A DNA stretch of 32,000 bases, from assembly GCA_016196885.1 (NCBI GenBank), contig JACPWU010000026.1:1-32000 (forward strand), written 5' to 3'. Below are positions 23,048 through 31,399 of the stretch, in pieces; the stretch's first letter is position 1; each line of letters opens with the position of its first letter. The stretch is from Chlamydiota bacterium. GTDB taxonomy: Bacteria; Auribacterota; JACPWU01. Below the pieces are notes generated by a model. That model had not been told where the DNA came from, did no database searches, and saw nothing but the letters and a program-made list of their open reading frames with translations. The position numbers were made by a program, and so were the translations under genes.

Positions 23048-24364
23048 ATGAAAAAGATACTTTCGAGTATCGTATTCTTGCTCGTCCTCTCGGTATTTGC
23101 ATCTGCTGAAGTTCAGAATGTGAAGGTGTCTGGTGAATTGAGAAATCGTGGTATTTTCTCCACCAGCGTGATTGACCTTACAGATAATGAAGATACAGTA
23201 CCAGATGACGACATCGGCTATTTTGCGCAACGGGCGCGGATCAATGTTGAAGCCGATCTAACGGATAATGTCCTAACGGTGATCGAGCTGGAGGCTTCTG
23301 GCATTGTGGGCGATAAAGATGTGGTCCGCAATTCCGATGGCACCACCGACGTCGAGGGCAGTTTCCACACAGATGAGAATACTGTGAATGAAGGCAGGCG
23401 CCAGAAAGATGGCTACGAGGTTAGGGTGAGCCAAGCTTATGTCCAGGCAAGCGAGCTTTATTATACGCCGCTCACGGGTAAGATTGGCCGTCAGTATCTT
23501 AACTTCGGCAAAGGTTTTCTCATCAGTGATAATGAAAATGAAATTAATTTCGATGCCATTCGTACAACATTAGACTTTTATCCCATTATTGTGGATGCAG
23601 TCTATGCGCGTTTGGCAGAGAGAAGTTCTCAAGAAATCACGGCCACGGATGCAGATGATGCCAGTCTGTTTGTTGTGAACGGGCATTATGCTGCAGACCG
23701 GTGGAATGCGGAAGGCTATGTCATAGGTGTGGTAGATGGGGATACCCATTATCAACCTGTGACTGTCGGTTTAAGAGGCGATGCCTCTGTGATGGAGCCT
23801 CTGCAGCTCTGGGTTGAAGGAGACTATCAATTCAATCAGTATTCTTCAGTACAGGATTTAAGTGCTTGGGCTGTGAATGTCGGGGGAGTTTACACCTTTG
23901 ACTTCACATGGCATCCTTCGTTGAACGTTGGATACACTGTTGCCTCTGGAGATGAGGATCAAGGGGATACAACGGACGATTATGAAGGATTCCAGGAACT
24001 CTTTGAGTATAACTACTATGGTTATGCTTATAGTCCAAGACTGGAGAATATTCAATTCGTTAACGCCAAACTCAGCGTTCTTCCGATGGAAAATCTGACA
24101 TTGGCTTTCGACTACTATCATTACTGGCAGTTGGAAGATGCAATTCAGTCCATGGGGGATCCTTTCCAGGACAATGGGGGTATTCCTACATTGACCAATG
24201 GGACTGACAGTAACTTGGGCGATGAGTTTGACCTGATTGCCGCGTATGATTACACCGAAGATGTCAGCACTCAGCTTTATTTGGCTTGGTTCGTGCCAGG
24301 CTCTGCTTACACTCCGGATGATACAGCTTTTGAGATCAGAGGTGAGATCTTGGTAAGCTTCTAA
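23048..24364 (+). CDS. Outer-membrane beta-barrel protein, porin-like (possibly alginate-export-like family)
   Basis: Signal peptide MKKILSSIVFLLVLSVFASA. Acidic, Tyr/Gly-rich alternating pattern. The C-terminus ...EILVSF ends in Phe. The start of the mature protein resembles the VSGELRNR pattern of that family. Confidence 0.75.
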   Translation: MKKILSSIVFLLVLSVFASAEVQNVKVSGELRNRGIFSTSVIDLTDNEDTVPDDDIGYFAQRARINVEADLTDNVLTVIELEASGIVGDKDVVRNSDGTTDVEGSFHTDENTVNEGRRQKDGYEVRVSQAYVQASELYYTPLTGKIGRQYLNFGKGFLISDNENEINFDAIRTTLDFYPIIVDAVYARLAERSSQEITATDADDASLFVVNGHYAADRWNAEGYVIGVVDGDTHYQPVTVGLRGDASVMEPLQLWVEGDYQFNQYSSVQDLSAWAVNVGGVYTFDFTWHPSLNVGYTVASGDEDQGDTTDDYEGFQELFEYNYYGYAYSPRLENIQFVNAKLSVLPMENLTLAFDYYHYWQLEDAIQSMGDPFQDNGGIPTLTNGTDSNLGDEFDLIAAYDYTEDVSTQLYLAWFVPGSAYTPDDTAFEIRGEILVSF

Positions 24365-24387
24365 TCAGGAAAGTTGTTTCGAGTTTC

Positions 24388-24427
24388 AAATCCCCCCCGA
24401 CGTTACGTCGGGGGGGATTTTTTTTTG
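24388..24427 (+). terminator. Classic intrinsic terminator after the OMP gene
   Basis: AAATCCCCCCCGACG-TTA-CGTCGGGGGGGATTT followed by a T run (24418-24427). Confidence 0.9.
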
Positions 24428-24495
24428 GCTGACAGAAAGTAAAGTTAAAGATATCATGTTGCGCGCAATGGCTATGAGTGAGCCATAGACTTTTC

Positions 24496-24566
24496 TGCCG
24501 GATCGTCTAATGGTAGGACCGCAGACTCTGGATCTGTGTATCTAGGTTCGAATCCTAGTCCGGCAG
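24496..24566 (+). tRNA. tRNA-Gln (anticodon CUG)
   Basis: TGCCGGATCGTCTAATGGTAGGACCGCAGACTCTGGATCTGTGTATCTAGGTTCGAATCCTAGTCCGGCAG. Acceptor TGCCGGA/TCCGGCA, anticodon loop CTCTGGA, T arm CTAGG-TTCGAAT-CCTAG. Confidence 0.9.
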
Positions 24567-24574
24567 CTTTTAAA

Positions 24575-24676
24575 GGTAGGGGTTAGGGATTAGGGTGTAG
24601 GGTTTAGGGAGTAAGGATTTTTATTCAGTGAAAAACCTTGTCCCTTCACCCTAAACCCTATACCCTAATCCCTGCA
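24575..24676. repeat. NNNAGGG-family heptad hairpin / G-quadruplex motif, copy 2 (between tRNA-Gln and tRNA-Glu)
   Basis: GGTAGGG GTTAGGG ATTAGGG TGTAGGG TTTAGGG. 25-bp stem (24585-24609 with 24649-24673, one G-T pair). The 39-nt loop begins AGTAAGGATTTTTATT. Confidence 0.9.
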
Positions 24677-24682
24677 TTTTTC

Positions 24683-24755
24683 GGCCCCATCGTCTAGAGG
24701 CCTAGGACATTACCCTCTCAAGGTAGGGACACGGGTTCGAATCCCGTTGGGGCTA
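24683..24755 (+). tRNA. tRNA-Glu (anticodon CUC)
   Basis: GGCCCCATCGTCTAGAGGCCTAGGACATTACCCTCTCAAGGTAGGGACACGGGTTCGAATCCCGTTGGGGCTA. It closely parallels E. coli tRNA-Glu. Anticodon loop CTCTCAA; the G1-U72 pair is a wobble. Confidence 0.85.
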
Positions 24756-24763
24756 GTTTATAA

Positions 24764-24798
24764 AGCAGGGATGAGGGAGAAGGGCGTAGGGTTTAGGG
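24764..24798. repeat. NNNAGGG-family array, copy 3 (solo arm, no complement)
   Basis: AGCAGGG ATGAGGG AGAAGGG CGTAGGG TTTAGGG. It shares the lead-in ATAAAGCAGGGAT with copy 1. Three TATAGAT heptads follow at 24809, 24816 and 24832. Confidence 0.85.
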
Positions 24799-24855
24799 AT
24801 TTTTAAACTATAGATTATAGATCTTTGGTTGTATAGATTTTTTCATCGAGAGTTT

Positions 24856-27582
24856 ATGTCCTTTCATGAATCTTCTTCCTTAAAGAAAGATGTTCGTTTT
24901 CTGACGACGCTCTTAGGCGATGTGATTCGAGAGCAGGAGGGGGAAGACCTTTTTCTTAAGGTCGAAGAAATTCGAAAACTTGCCAAGAAGATTCGAGAAT
25001 GTCCTACAGACGAGAAGATTTCGGAGCAGAAAAGAATCATTCATCAACTCACCCTTGACGAAGCTTATAAAATTGCCAGGGCCTTTACGATTTATTTTCA
25101 ATTGGTGAACATTGCTGAAGAGCGCCATCGGGTTCGCAGGATCCGGTCTTACGAAAAGGACTTGTCGCTTTTTCAAGAGATGTCCCTGCACAAGCTTTTT
25201 CGGGATTTGTCGGAGGCATCTATTTCGAAGGAAGATGTTCAAGGTCTTTTGAAGGAATTGGAAATAGAATTGGTTTTAACCGCTCATCCGACGGAAGTCA
25301 AGCGCAGAACAGTTTTGGATCATCTCTTGAGAATTTCTTCCGTCTTGTCTTCCCTGGAGAGACTCGATGTGACCTTCCCTGAGAAAGAAGAGGCCGTGAG
25401 CCAAATCAAGGAGACGCTTGAGATTTTATGGCAGACAACAGAGGTGCGTCAAAAAAAAGTTGAAGTTTTGGATGAAGTCGAGCAGACCCTTTTTTATTTC
25501 CGGCATACCATTTTAGAATTGATGCCTCGTCTTTATCAGAAAATAGGGAGAGAATTCGAAAGGTTTTATCAGAAGGAATTGCTTTTATTTCCTTCTCTTC
25601 GCTTTGGGTCCTGGGTCGGGTCTGACCGGGATGGGAATCCGAACGTCACACCTGTTGTAAGCCTAAAATCCGTCATGCTTTATCGCAGGTTGATTCTGAG
25701 ACATTATTTGGGCGTTGTCGAAGATTTCATTCGAAGATTTAGTCAGTCTTTGCGCCGCATTTCTGTGAGTGAGGAGCTTTTGAGCTCTTTGAAAATGGAC
25801 AGAAAAAAGATGCCTTCTTTGGCTCGCGAGATGGAGCGTTTTGAGCCCACAGAAGTTTACCGGAAAAAATTCACCTTCATCCATCGGCAGCTCGAAAATA
25901 CCTTGAATCAGAAAAAGTCTGCTTATCCGAGTGAAGAGGTGTTTTTGAAAGATGTTTTGATCGTGAAAAGGAGTTTAGAAGCTCATCAAGGACATTTTGC
26001 TGCCCGAGGGGATTTGGATGACTTGATTTGCAAGATTAAAATTTTTGGTTTTCATTTAGCAAAACTTGATTTCAGGGATCACACAGGAAAGATTCGGAAA
26101 ACGCTCCAAGAGCTTTTTCCAAAAGAAGCTCTCAATGAAGAGATGATTTTGAAAAAAATAAAATCGGGTGAAAAAATACCTTCTCGCTCTTCTCTTTCAC
26201 CTGACGCCAGAGATATTTTAAGTCAGTTGGCGACCCTTCAAAAAAATCAGGAGCTCAACACCCAGGCTTTTGAAAATTATATTTTGAGCATGACAGAAAA
26301 GGCATGCGATGTGCTTTCTTTTTTCTATTTGGCCCAAGGGAGGAAATTGATCAAGGGGGTCGCAGGGCGTGTCAGGGAATCTCGCGTGGGGATTGTCCCT
26401 CTTTTTGAAACGATTGAATCTTTGGATCATGCGCATGAAGTGATGGATCATCTCTTTCAAAATCCGCTCTATCGCTCTTACGTGACATCCAGGGATGATA
26501 TTCAAGAGGTGATGCTGGGTTATTCTGACAGTAGCAAGGATGGAGGATATTTTGCGGCCAATTGGAAAATTTATGAAGCTCAAAAAAGATTGGTTGAAGT
26601 GGCTGAAAGGCATCGGGTCAAGCTTCGTCTTTTTCATGGTAAGGGAGGTACCATTGATCGTGGGGGAGGGGAATCCCATAAGGCCATTTTGGCTCAACCG
26701 GAGGCGGCCGTAGGAGGCCGTATTAAAATGACAGAACAGGGAGAGGTGGTCTCGCAAAAATATGCGAATCCTGTCATTGCCGAGAGAAATTGGGAGCAGC
26801 TCGTCAGTGCGGTGATGGAGGCCCAGCTTATTTCAAGGAAAAAACTCGAGGCAGAGCCTCGCATTGCGGTTTGGGAATCTCGAATGAATCACTTAGCGGA
26901 TTTGTCTTTCCATTTTTATCGGGAATTCATTCTTGGGACTCAGAATTTTTTAGATTTTTATCACCAGGCAACCCCGATTGAAATTTTGAAGGAGACTCGA
27001 ATTGCGTCGCGGCCTCCCTCTCGGATGGATCAAAAGAGTTTCGGGGCCCTTCGGGCCATCCCTTGGGTTTTTAGCTGGGTGCAATCCAGATACATTATTT
27101 CTGCTTGGTATGGGATCGGTCATGCCTTGGAAGCTTATTTGGATGAGCGTGGGAAAGGAGGTCTTGAGGAGCTTCGAGAGATGTATCGCGAATGGCCTTT
27201 TTTTTCTTCCTTGCTAAACAATGCGCAAGTTTCTTTGGCCAAGACGGACCTTTACATTGCTGAGCAATATGCATCCTTGGTAAAAGATGAGAGTTGTCGA
27301 GAGAAAATCCATGAGAAAATTGCCTTAGAGTACAAACGTTCTGTGAAATATGTTTTAGAAATTGCACAGAGTGACGAGCTTCTCAATTTTCATCCCGTTT
27401 TGAAAGAATCCATTCGCTTGAGAAATCCGTATGTGGATCCCTTGAATTACCTTCAGGTGAGATTCTTGAGAGAATCCCGTTCAGAAAAAGATCGCAAGGC
27501 TGAAGGCTTACAAAATAAAAGGAATGAAATTCTTCTTTTGACCGTGAATGGCATTGCGTTTGGAATGAAGAGTACGGGATAA
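24856..27582 (+). CDS. ppc: Phosphoenolpyruvate carboxylase
   Basis: Ppc motifs VLTAHPTE, GYSDSSKDGG, FHGKGGTIDRGGG and the C-terminal ...NGIAFGMKSTG. I prefer ATG 24856 (MSFHESSSLKKDVRFL) over TTG 24829. Confidence 0.96.
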   Translation: MSFHESSSLKKDVRFLTTLLGDVIREQEGEDLFLKVEEIRKLAKKIRECPTDEKISEQKRIIHQLTLDEAYKIARAFTIYFQLVNIAEERHRVRRIRSYEKDLSLFQEMSLHKLFRDLSEASISKEDVQGLLKELEIELVLTAHPTEVKRRTVLDHLLRISSVLSSLERLDVTFPEKEEAVSQIKETLEILWQTTEVRQKKVEVLDEVEQTLFYFRHTILELMPRLYQKIGREFERFYQKELLLFPSLRFGSWVGSDRDGNPNVTPVVSLKSVMLYRRLILRHYLGVVEDFIRRFSQSLRRISVSEELLSSLKMDRKKMPSLAREMERFEPTEVYRKKFTFIHRQLENTLNQKKSAYPSEEVFLKDVLIVKRSLEAHQGHFAARGDLDDLICKIKIFGFHLAKLDFRDHTGKIRKTLQELFPKEALNEEMILKKIKSGEKIPSRSSLSPDARDILSQLATLQKNQELNTQAFENYILSMTEKACDVLSFFYLAQGRKLIKGVAGRVRESRVGIVPLFETIESLDHAHEVMDHLFQNPLYRSYVTSRDDIQEVMLGYSDSSKDGGYFAANWKIYEAQKRLVEVAERHRVKLRLFHGKGGTIDRGGGESHKAILAQPEAAVGGRIKMTEQGEVVSQKYANPVIAERNWEQLVSAVMEAQLISRKKLEAEPRIAVWESRMNHLADLSFHFYREFILGTQNFLDFYHQATPIEILKETRIASRPPSRMDQKSFGALRAIPWVFSWVQSRYIISAWYGIGHALEAYLDERGKGGLEELREMYREWPFFSSLLNNAQVSLAKTDLYIAEQYASLVKDESCREKIHEKIALEYKRSVKYVLEIAQSDELLNFHPVLKESIRLRNPYVDPLNYLQVRFLRESRSEKDRKAEGLQNKRNEILLLTVNGIAFGMKSTG

Positions 27583-27584
27583 AA

Positions 27585-27648
27585 ACAGTCGTGAGCCGTG
27601 AGGGATGAGTCGTGAGTTTTAAAGGTGTTATTTCTTACTCACGACTGT
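27585..27648. repeat. TCGTGAG-family heptad hairpin, copy 2 (right arm truncated to one unit)
   Basis: Left arm ACAG TCGTGAG CCGTGAG GGATGAG TCGTGAG T (27585-27617). The 19-nt loop TTTAAAGGTGTTATTTCTT matches copy 1 at 18/19. The right arm is only ACTCACGACTGT (27637-27648). Confidence 0.9.
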
Positions 27649-27697
27649 CTTAATTCCTTCTGCTCAAAAGAGTTGTGTAACTATTTCTAACCTCTGT

Positions 27698-27726
27698 TTG
27701 ACATTTCAGCTTTTTCGCGCTATAAT
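27698..27726 (+). promoter_or_regulatory. Perfect consensus sigma-70 promoter for the 1039-aa gene
   Basis: TTGACA (27698-27703), exactly 17 nt, TATAAT (27721-27726). The ATG lies 31 nt downstream. Confidence 0.7.
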
Positions 27727-27756
27727 TTACTCTGTCCGTGATACATAGGCGAAAAT

Positions 27757-30700
27757 ATGCGCTTATCTTTTCAAGGCTATTTCCTTCGCATGTTTTTTTT
27801 CTTTCTATCCTTCATTTTTATTATCAAACAAGGCTACACCGAAAAAATTGATTTCCCCGAAGTTTTTGGAAAGGTGAATGAATCTTACGAAGGTCATTCT
27901 CAGCGCACGGTGATCATTATTCAGGACACTCACCGCAATGATGAATGTCAGGTGAACGCCGTTCAAATTCTGAATTCCATTTCTACGCGTGAGAGTATTC
28001 CTTTGATTGCGTTGGAGGGAGCCAAAGGACCTTTTTTGACTTCTATGATTCGAAATCTTCCAGATAAAAATTTGAATCAAGAAGTTGCAACTTATTTTTT
28101 AAGAGAAGGACGAATCACGGCGCCGGAATATTTTGCGATGGTGAGCGAGTGGGCTCTCCATACAGAACTTTTGGGTGTGGAGGATCGAGACCTTTATTTG
28201 AAGGATCTGGATCTTTTTAAGAAGGCTCATGAAGAGGCCAAGGGGTTGGAGAATGCCTTGTCCACGTTGGATAAAATGCTGATTCAGCTCAAGGCGGAGG
28301 TTTATTCCGGGGAGTTAAAGGATTGGGACGTTTTGGTGGATGAATATCAGAAGGGGAGAATCCCTTTCAAGGCCTATTTTAGAAAATTATTTCAGGGGGC
28401 TCAAGAAAGTCCTCAGATTTTGCAGGATTATCCAGAGGGGGTCAGTCAAGGTGAGATTTTTAAACTGGAGGAGAAAATCCAATTTTTTGTCCTCGATCAA
28501 GAACGATCTAAAATGATCACGGCCTTAAGCCAGAGGCTTTCTTCCAAAATGCTTTCGAAACTTTTGGTCCGTAGCCTTGACTATCGTATGAGAAGAATGT
28601 CTTCTTACCTTTATCATCGTCTCTTGTGGCGTTTGGCCCGAGGCGTTGGACTCAAGCCAGAGGATTATCCTAATTTAGACCTTTATGAAACGTACATTGA
28701 GAGGATTCACGGTCTTTCAGAGAAAAAGCTTTTTAAAGAATTGAGTGCCCTGACAGAATTCTTCCAAAAGAAGTCTGTTCAGAGTGAAGGTCAAAGAGAG
28801 TTGGTGGACATCTCTCGCCGGTTGAGTCTGATTGAAAAGATGATGCAATTGAGAATTTCAAATGAAGATTTTGAGGATTTCTTGTCTCATGAAGATACTT
28901 ATCGCTGGGAGAAAATGGTACGCCCACTTGAAGATCTGGCCCATTCCTTGGAGATCCATTTTGTCTTGCCTGAGGAATTGAAACAGTTGGATCAAACTTT
29001 ACCACTTTTTAGATCTTTTTATGAAGCGGCGCTCCAGAGAAATCAGGCCATGGTCCGGAATCTTCTTGAGCGGATGGATATTTTAAATGACCGCTTCGCT
29101 GTTTTATTCATCGGCGGTTTTCATATTCAGGGGGTGAGCGCATTGTTAAAAGAAAAGGGTGTTTCCTATTTTGTCATCACGCCTCGTGTGACCACGTTAC
29201 AAACGGGTGAGTCTCTCTATTTTCCTTTGCTTCTGAATGAAAAAAATATTTTTGAGAAATGGTCTACCCCCATTTCCTTTCTTCCATCTGCATTAGAGGC
29301 CCCCCACGTTTTGAATGATCCCCCTTTGGCCTATCCGGATCAGCAGGTGGCTGTGTTAAGGCTTTATGCCCTTTTCTTTGAAGGGGTTAAACTTTTGGAT
29401 CATCTTTCTGAAGAAAAATTGAACGGTGTCCCATGGCTGGAAAAAGACCGGGTGTGGGGTTCCTTGGAGAAGATAGTTGAAAAGGCAGGAGGCGATACTT
29501 TTAAAATGTGTTTTTCATCCAGCGTTTTGAAGGAAGGGGTATTGGAAGTTCCTGTGTATTTTCGAAATGAAGAGGGAGAGGAGTCGGCGGCCAGTGTCTT
29601 ATTTAGAGAGGGTCCGTTTGCCGAGGTGAAAATGGATGATCGGGTCATGACACAAGAAGGGTCCTCCCTTCTTGCCTTAGAGACTTTGCATTTTTCCCAG
29701 AGGGATATTCAGGTGTGTGTGGTTGAAAGAAATTCGGCTGAGATGAAGATTCACAGAGAATGGAGGGATCGGGTTTTGAGGGAGAAGCTCCAGGATTTGG
29801 GTTTTTCTAAGAGATTCTCCCAGGATTTGGCTTTTCAATTGACACACGCATGGAGATCTTCGGGAGAAAATTTAGAACGACTTAAAAAAAATTTTCGGGA
29901 GGAGTTTAAAGATAAAAATTTAGATGGGAAGAGGGCTTTAGAGATTTTAGAAGCTTTTCACCAAGCAGCGGTCAGCCCCTTTGATTTTTTAACCTTGGAA
30001 GATTGGGCGAAAGCCTTTCTAGAGGCAGGCCTTTACGAGAACGGGGCTGAAGGGAAACAATTTGAGGAAATGAAGGCGATGGCCTCTCTGGAGCGTCGTT
30101 CCTGGAATGAGTTTCAGGATTTTGGGGATGATTTTTTGAATCAGGAACTTCTGATGAAAAAGCCAGTGGTGATGGGCGTGGAATGGGAAAGCCTTTTCGA
30201 CGTGCAAGAGAAGGATCCGAACACTTTTGAAGTGAGATGGATGGCTCCCGAATTGGGACAGATTCTCAAGTGTTTTTGGGCTTATTCTGGAGAGAGGGGG
30301 CAAAGGGGAAAAGGTTTGAAATTCGTTTTTTTCAGTTTTCAACCAACCGTGGATAAGGCGTTGATGCGTCAGGTGCTTATTTCTGCAGGCATTCCTGAAG
30401 AGGGACTTCAGGGGTGTCTGATAGATAGGAGCGATCTTCAAAGAGTGGAAAATCCTAATCAAACCTTGTATCGTTTGATTCAGGATCAAACAGGAATTTC
30501 TCCAGAACGGGTGGCCTTGATTTGTTTGGAAGAAAGTCCTTTAAAATTTAAAAAGGTGAATCAAGTGGTTGCGAGACTCCAAAGGCCAGGGCTTGCGACA
30601 GGTAAGAGGGTTGATTTTTGTGATGCCTTGGCGACGGCGATGGTTCTTTTAAATGAGTCTATTGATAAAAAGGGAGACGGGATTTTAAATTCTTTTGTTC

Positions 30701-30876
30701 AGGTCTTGGCAAAACGATTGGGAAAGACCGAAGAAGAGGCATCAAGGGTTTTAAGATCGGTGATGGCTGCAAAGGGTTATACCTTTTCCGCTGAAGATGA
30801 TTTGACAGGAGCGAGTGAAATGGAGAGAATAGGGGTCCAAAAGGAAAACCCGGCGAGAGAAAAGGAGAAGGGATGA
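27757..30876 (+). CDS. Large signal-anchored protein: N-terminal TraB/GumN/TIKI-like domain with a long helical insert, then ~550 aa with no recognisable domain
   Basis: N-terminal hydrophobic helix FFFFLSFIFII. TVIIIQDTHRNDECQVNAVQILNSIS...IPLIALEGA and FAVLFIGGFHIQGVSALLKEKGVSYFVITP fit the two xxxH motifs plus Glu of the TraB/PrgY/GumN/TIKI superfamily. The assignment rests on motifs only. Confidence 0.55.
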   Translation: MRLSFQGYFLRMFFFFLSFIFIIKQGYTEKIDFPEVFGKVNESYEGHSQRTVIIIQDTHRNDECQVNAVQILNSISTRESIPLIALEGAKGPFLTSMIRNLPDKNLNQEVATYFLREGRITAPEYFAMVSEWALHTELLGVEDRDLYLKDLDLFKKAHEEAKGLENALSTLDKMLIQLKAEVYSGELKDWDVLVDEYQKGRIPFKAYFRKLFQGAQESPQILQDYPEGVSQGEIFKLEEKIQFFVLDQERSKMITALSQRLSSKMLSKLLVRSLDYRMRRMSSYLYHRLLWRLARGVGLKPEDYPNLDLYETYIERIHGLSEKKLFKELSALTEFFQKKSVQSEGQRELVDISRRLSLIEKMMQLRISNEDFEDFLSHEDTYRWEKMVRPLEDLAHSLEIHFVLPEELKQLDQTLPLFRSFYEAALQRNQAMVRNLLERMDILNDRFAVLFIGGFHIQGVSALLKEKGVSYFVITPRVTTLQTGESLYFPLLLNEKNIFEKWSTPISFLPSALEAPHVLNDPPLAYPDQQVAVLRLYALFFEGVKLLDHLSEEKLNGVPWLEKDRVWGSLEKIVEKAGGDTFKMCFSSSVLKEGVLEVPVYFRNEEGEESAASVLFREGPFAEVKMDDRVMTQEGSSLLALETLHFSQRDIQVCVVERNSAEMKIHREWRDRVLREKLQDLGFSKRFSQDLAFQLTHAWRSSGENLERLKKNFREEFKDKNLDGKRALEILEAFHQAAVSPFDFLTLEDWAKAFLEAGLYENGAEGKQFEEMKAMASLERRSWNEFQDFGDDFLNQELLMKKPVVMGVEWESLFDVQEKDPNTFEVRWMAPELGQILKCFWAYSGERGQRGKGLKFVFFSFQPTVDKALMRQVLISAGIPEEGLQGCLIDRSDLQRVENPNQTLYRLIQDQTGISPERVALICLEESPLKFKKVNQVVARLQRPGLATGKRVDFCDALATAMVLLNESIDKKGDGILNSFVQVLAKRLGKTEEEASRVLRSVMAAKGYTFSAEDDLTGASEMERIGVQKENPAREKEKG

Positions 30877-31358
30877 TGAGAATGAAAAAATTTTGTTTGA
30901 GCGTGTGTTGGATTTTTTTGATTTCTACTTTTTTAAATGCGGAAAATACTCCAGTCAGTGCTAAGGCAGAGGATCCCGTTTATGAAAAGGCATATGATCT
31001 CTATAATCAGGCCAAATACGATGATGCGATGGCTCTTTTCAAACAAATTTTGGAGAAGGATTCGAAAAATTTAAAGGCCCAGGTCTATTATGGGGTTTGT
31101 TTTATGGGGAAAGAGGAGTTCGATCAGGCGATTGTAGAGTTGGAAAAAGCCTTGAGTTTGGATGCAAAATTCCCTCTCACGAATTATGCCTTGTCCGTGA
31201 GTTATGCTCGAAAGTCTTCGCCGGATGCGATGAAGGCGGAAGAATATTTGGGGTTGGCCAAAAAATATGGATATCAAGTGCCTGCCTGGTTTGAGCAGTA
31301 TTTGGATCGCTTGAAAAAAGGGAAGGTTCCTGCCCAGAAAGAAGAGAAAAAACCTTAA
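30873..31358 (+). CDS. Secreted TPR protein (161 aa), translationally coupled to the 1039-aa gene
   Basis: ATGA start/stop overlap. Signal peptide KKFCLSVCWIFLISTFLNA. TPR repeats (YDLYNQAKYDDAMALFKQILEKDSKNLKAQVYYGVCF...). Confidence 0.8.
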   Translation: MMRMKKFCLSVCWIFLISTFLNAENTPVSAKAEDPVYEKAYDLYNQAKYDDAMALFKQILEKDSKNLKAQVYYGVCFMGKEEFDQAIVELEKALSLDAKFPLTNYALSVSYARKSSPDAMKAEEYLGLAKKYGYQVPAWFEQYLDRLKKGKVPAQKEEKKP

Positions 31359-31399
31359 GAATTTTAAGACTTAAAATAACCTATCCCATTTTTTCTTTC

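Noticed and set aside
21834-24798. TTAGGG/TTTAGGG units as telomeric repeats or eukaryotic contamination
   Set aside because: The units vary at 3 of 7 positions. They are embedded between bacterial genes and tRNAs, and are paired with complementary C-rich arms. The resemblance to telomere repeats is incidental to the NNNAGGG pattern.
15395-24855. TTG starts proposed by the ORF track for glyS (15395) and ppc (24829)
   Set aside because: Both extensions run into repeat elements and add residues absent from the conserved N-termini. ATG 15428 (or 15452) and ATG 24856 fit the family N-termini better.
12021-27648. The heptad arrays as CRISPR arrays
   Set aside because: Units are 7 nt with no spacers, arrays are only 3-8 units long, and they are arranged as inverted arms. 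No cas genes are present.
12320-30489. Long antisense ORFs within housekeeping genes (12320-12808, 14360-14827, 18245-18748, 26218-26757, 30019-30489, among others)
   Set aside because: Each lies wholly inside a well-supported + strand gene (dgkA, glyQ, ppdK, ppc, the 1039-aa gene). The products are basic low-complexity shadow translations.
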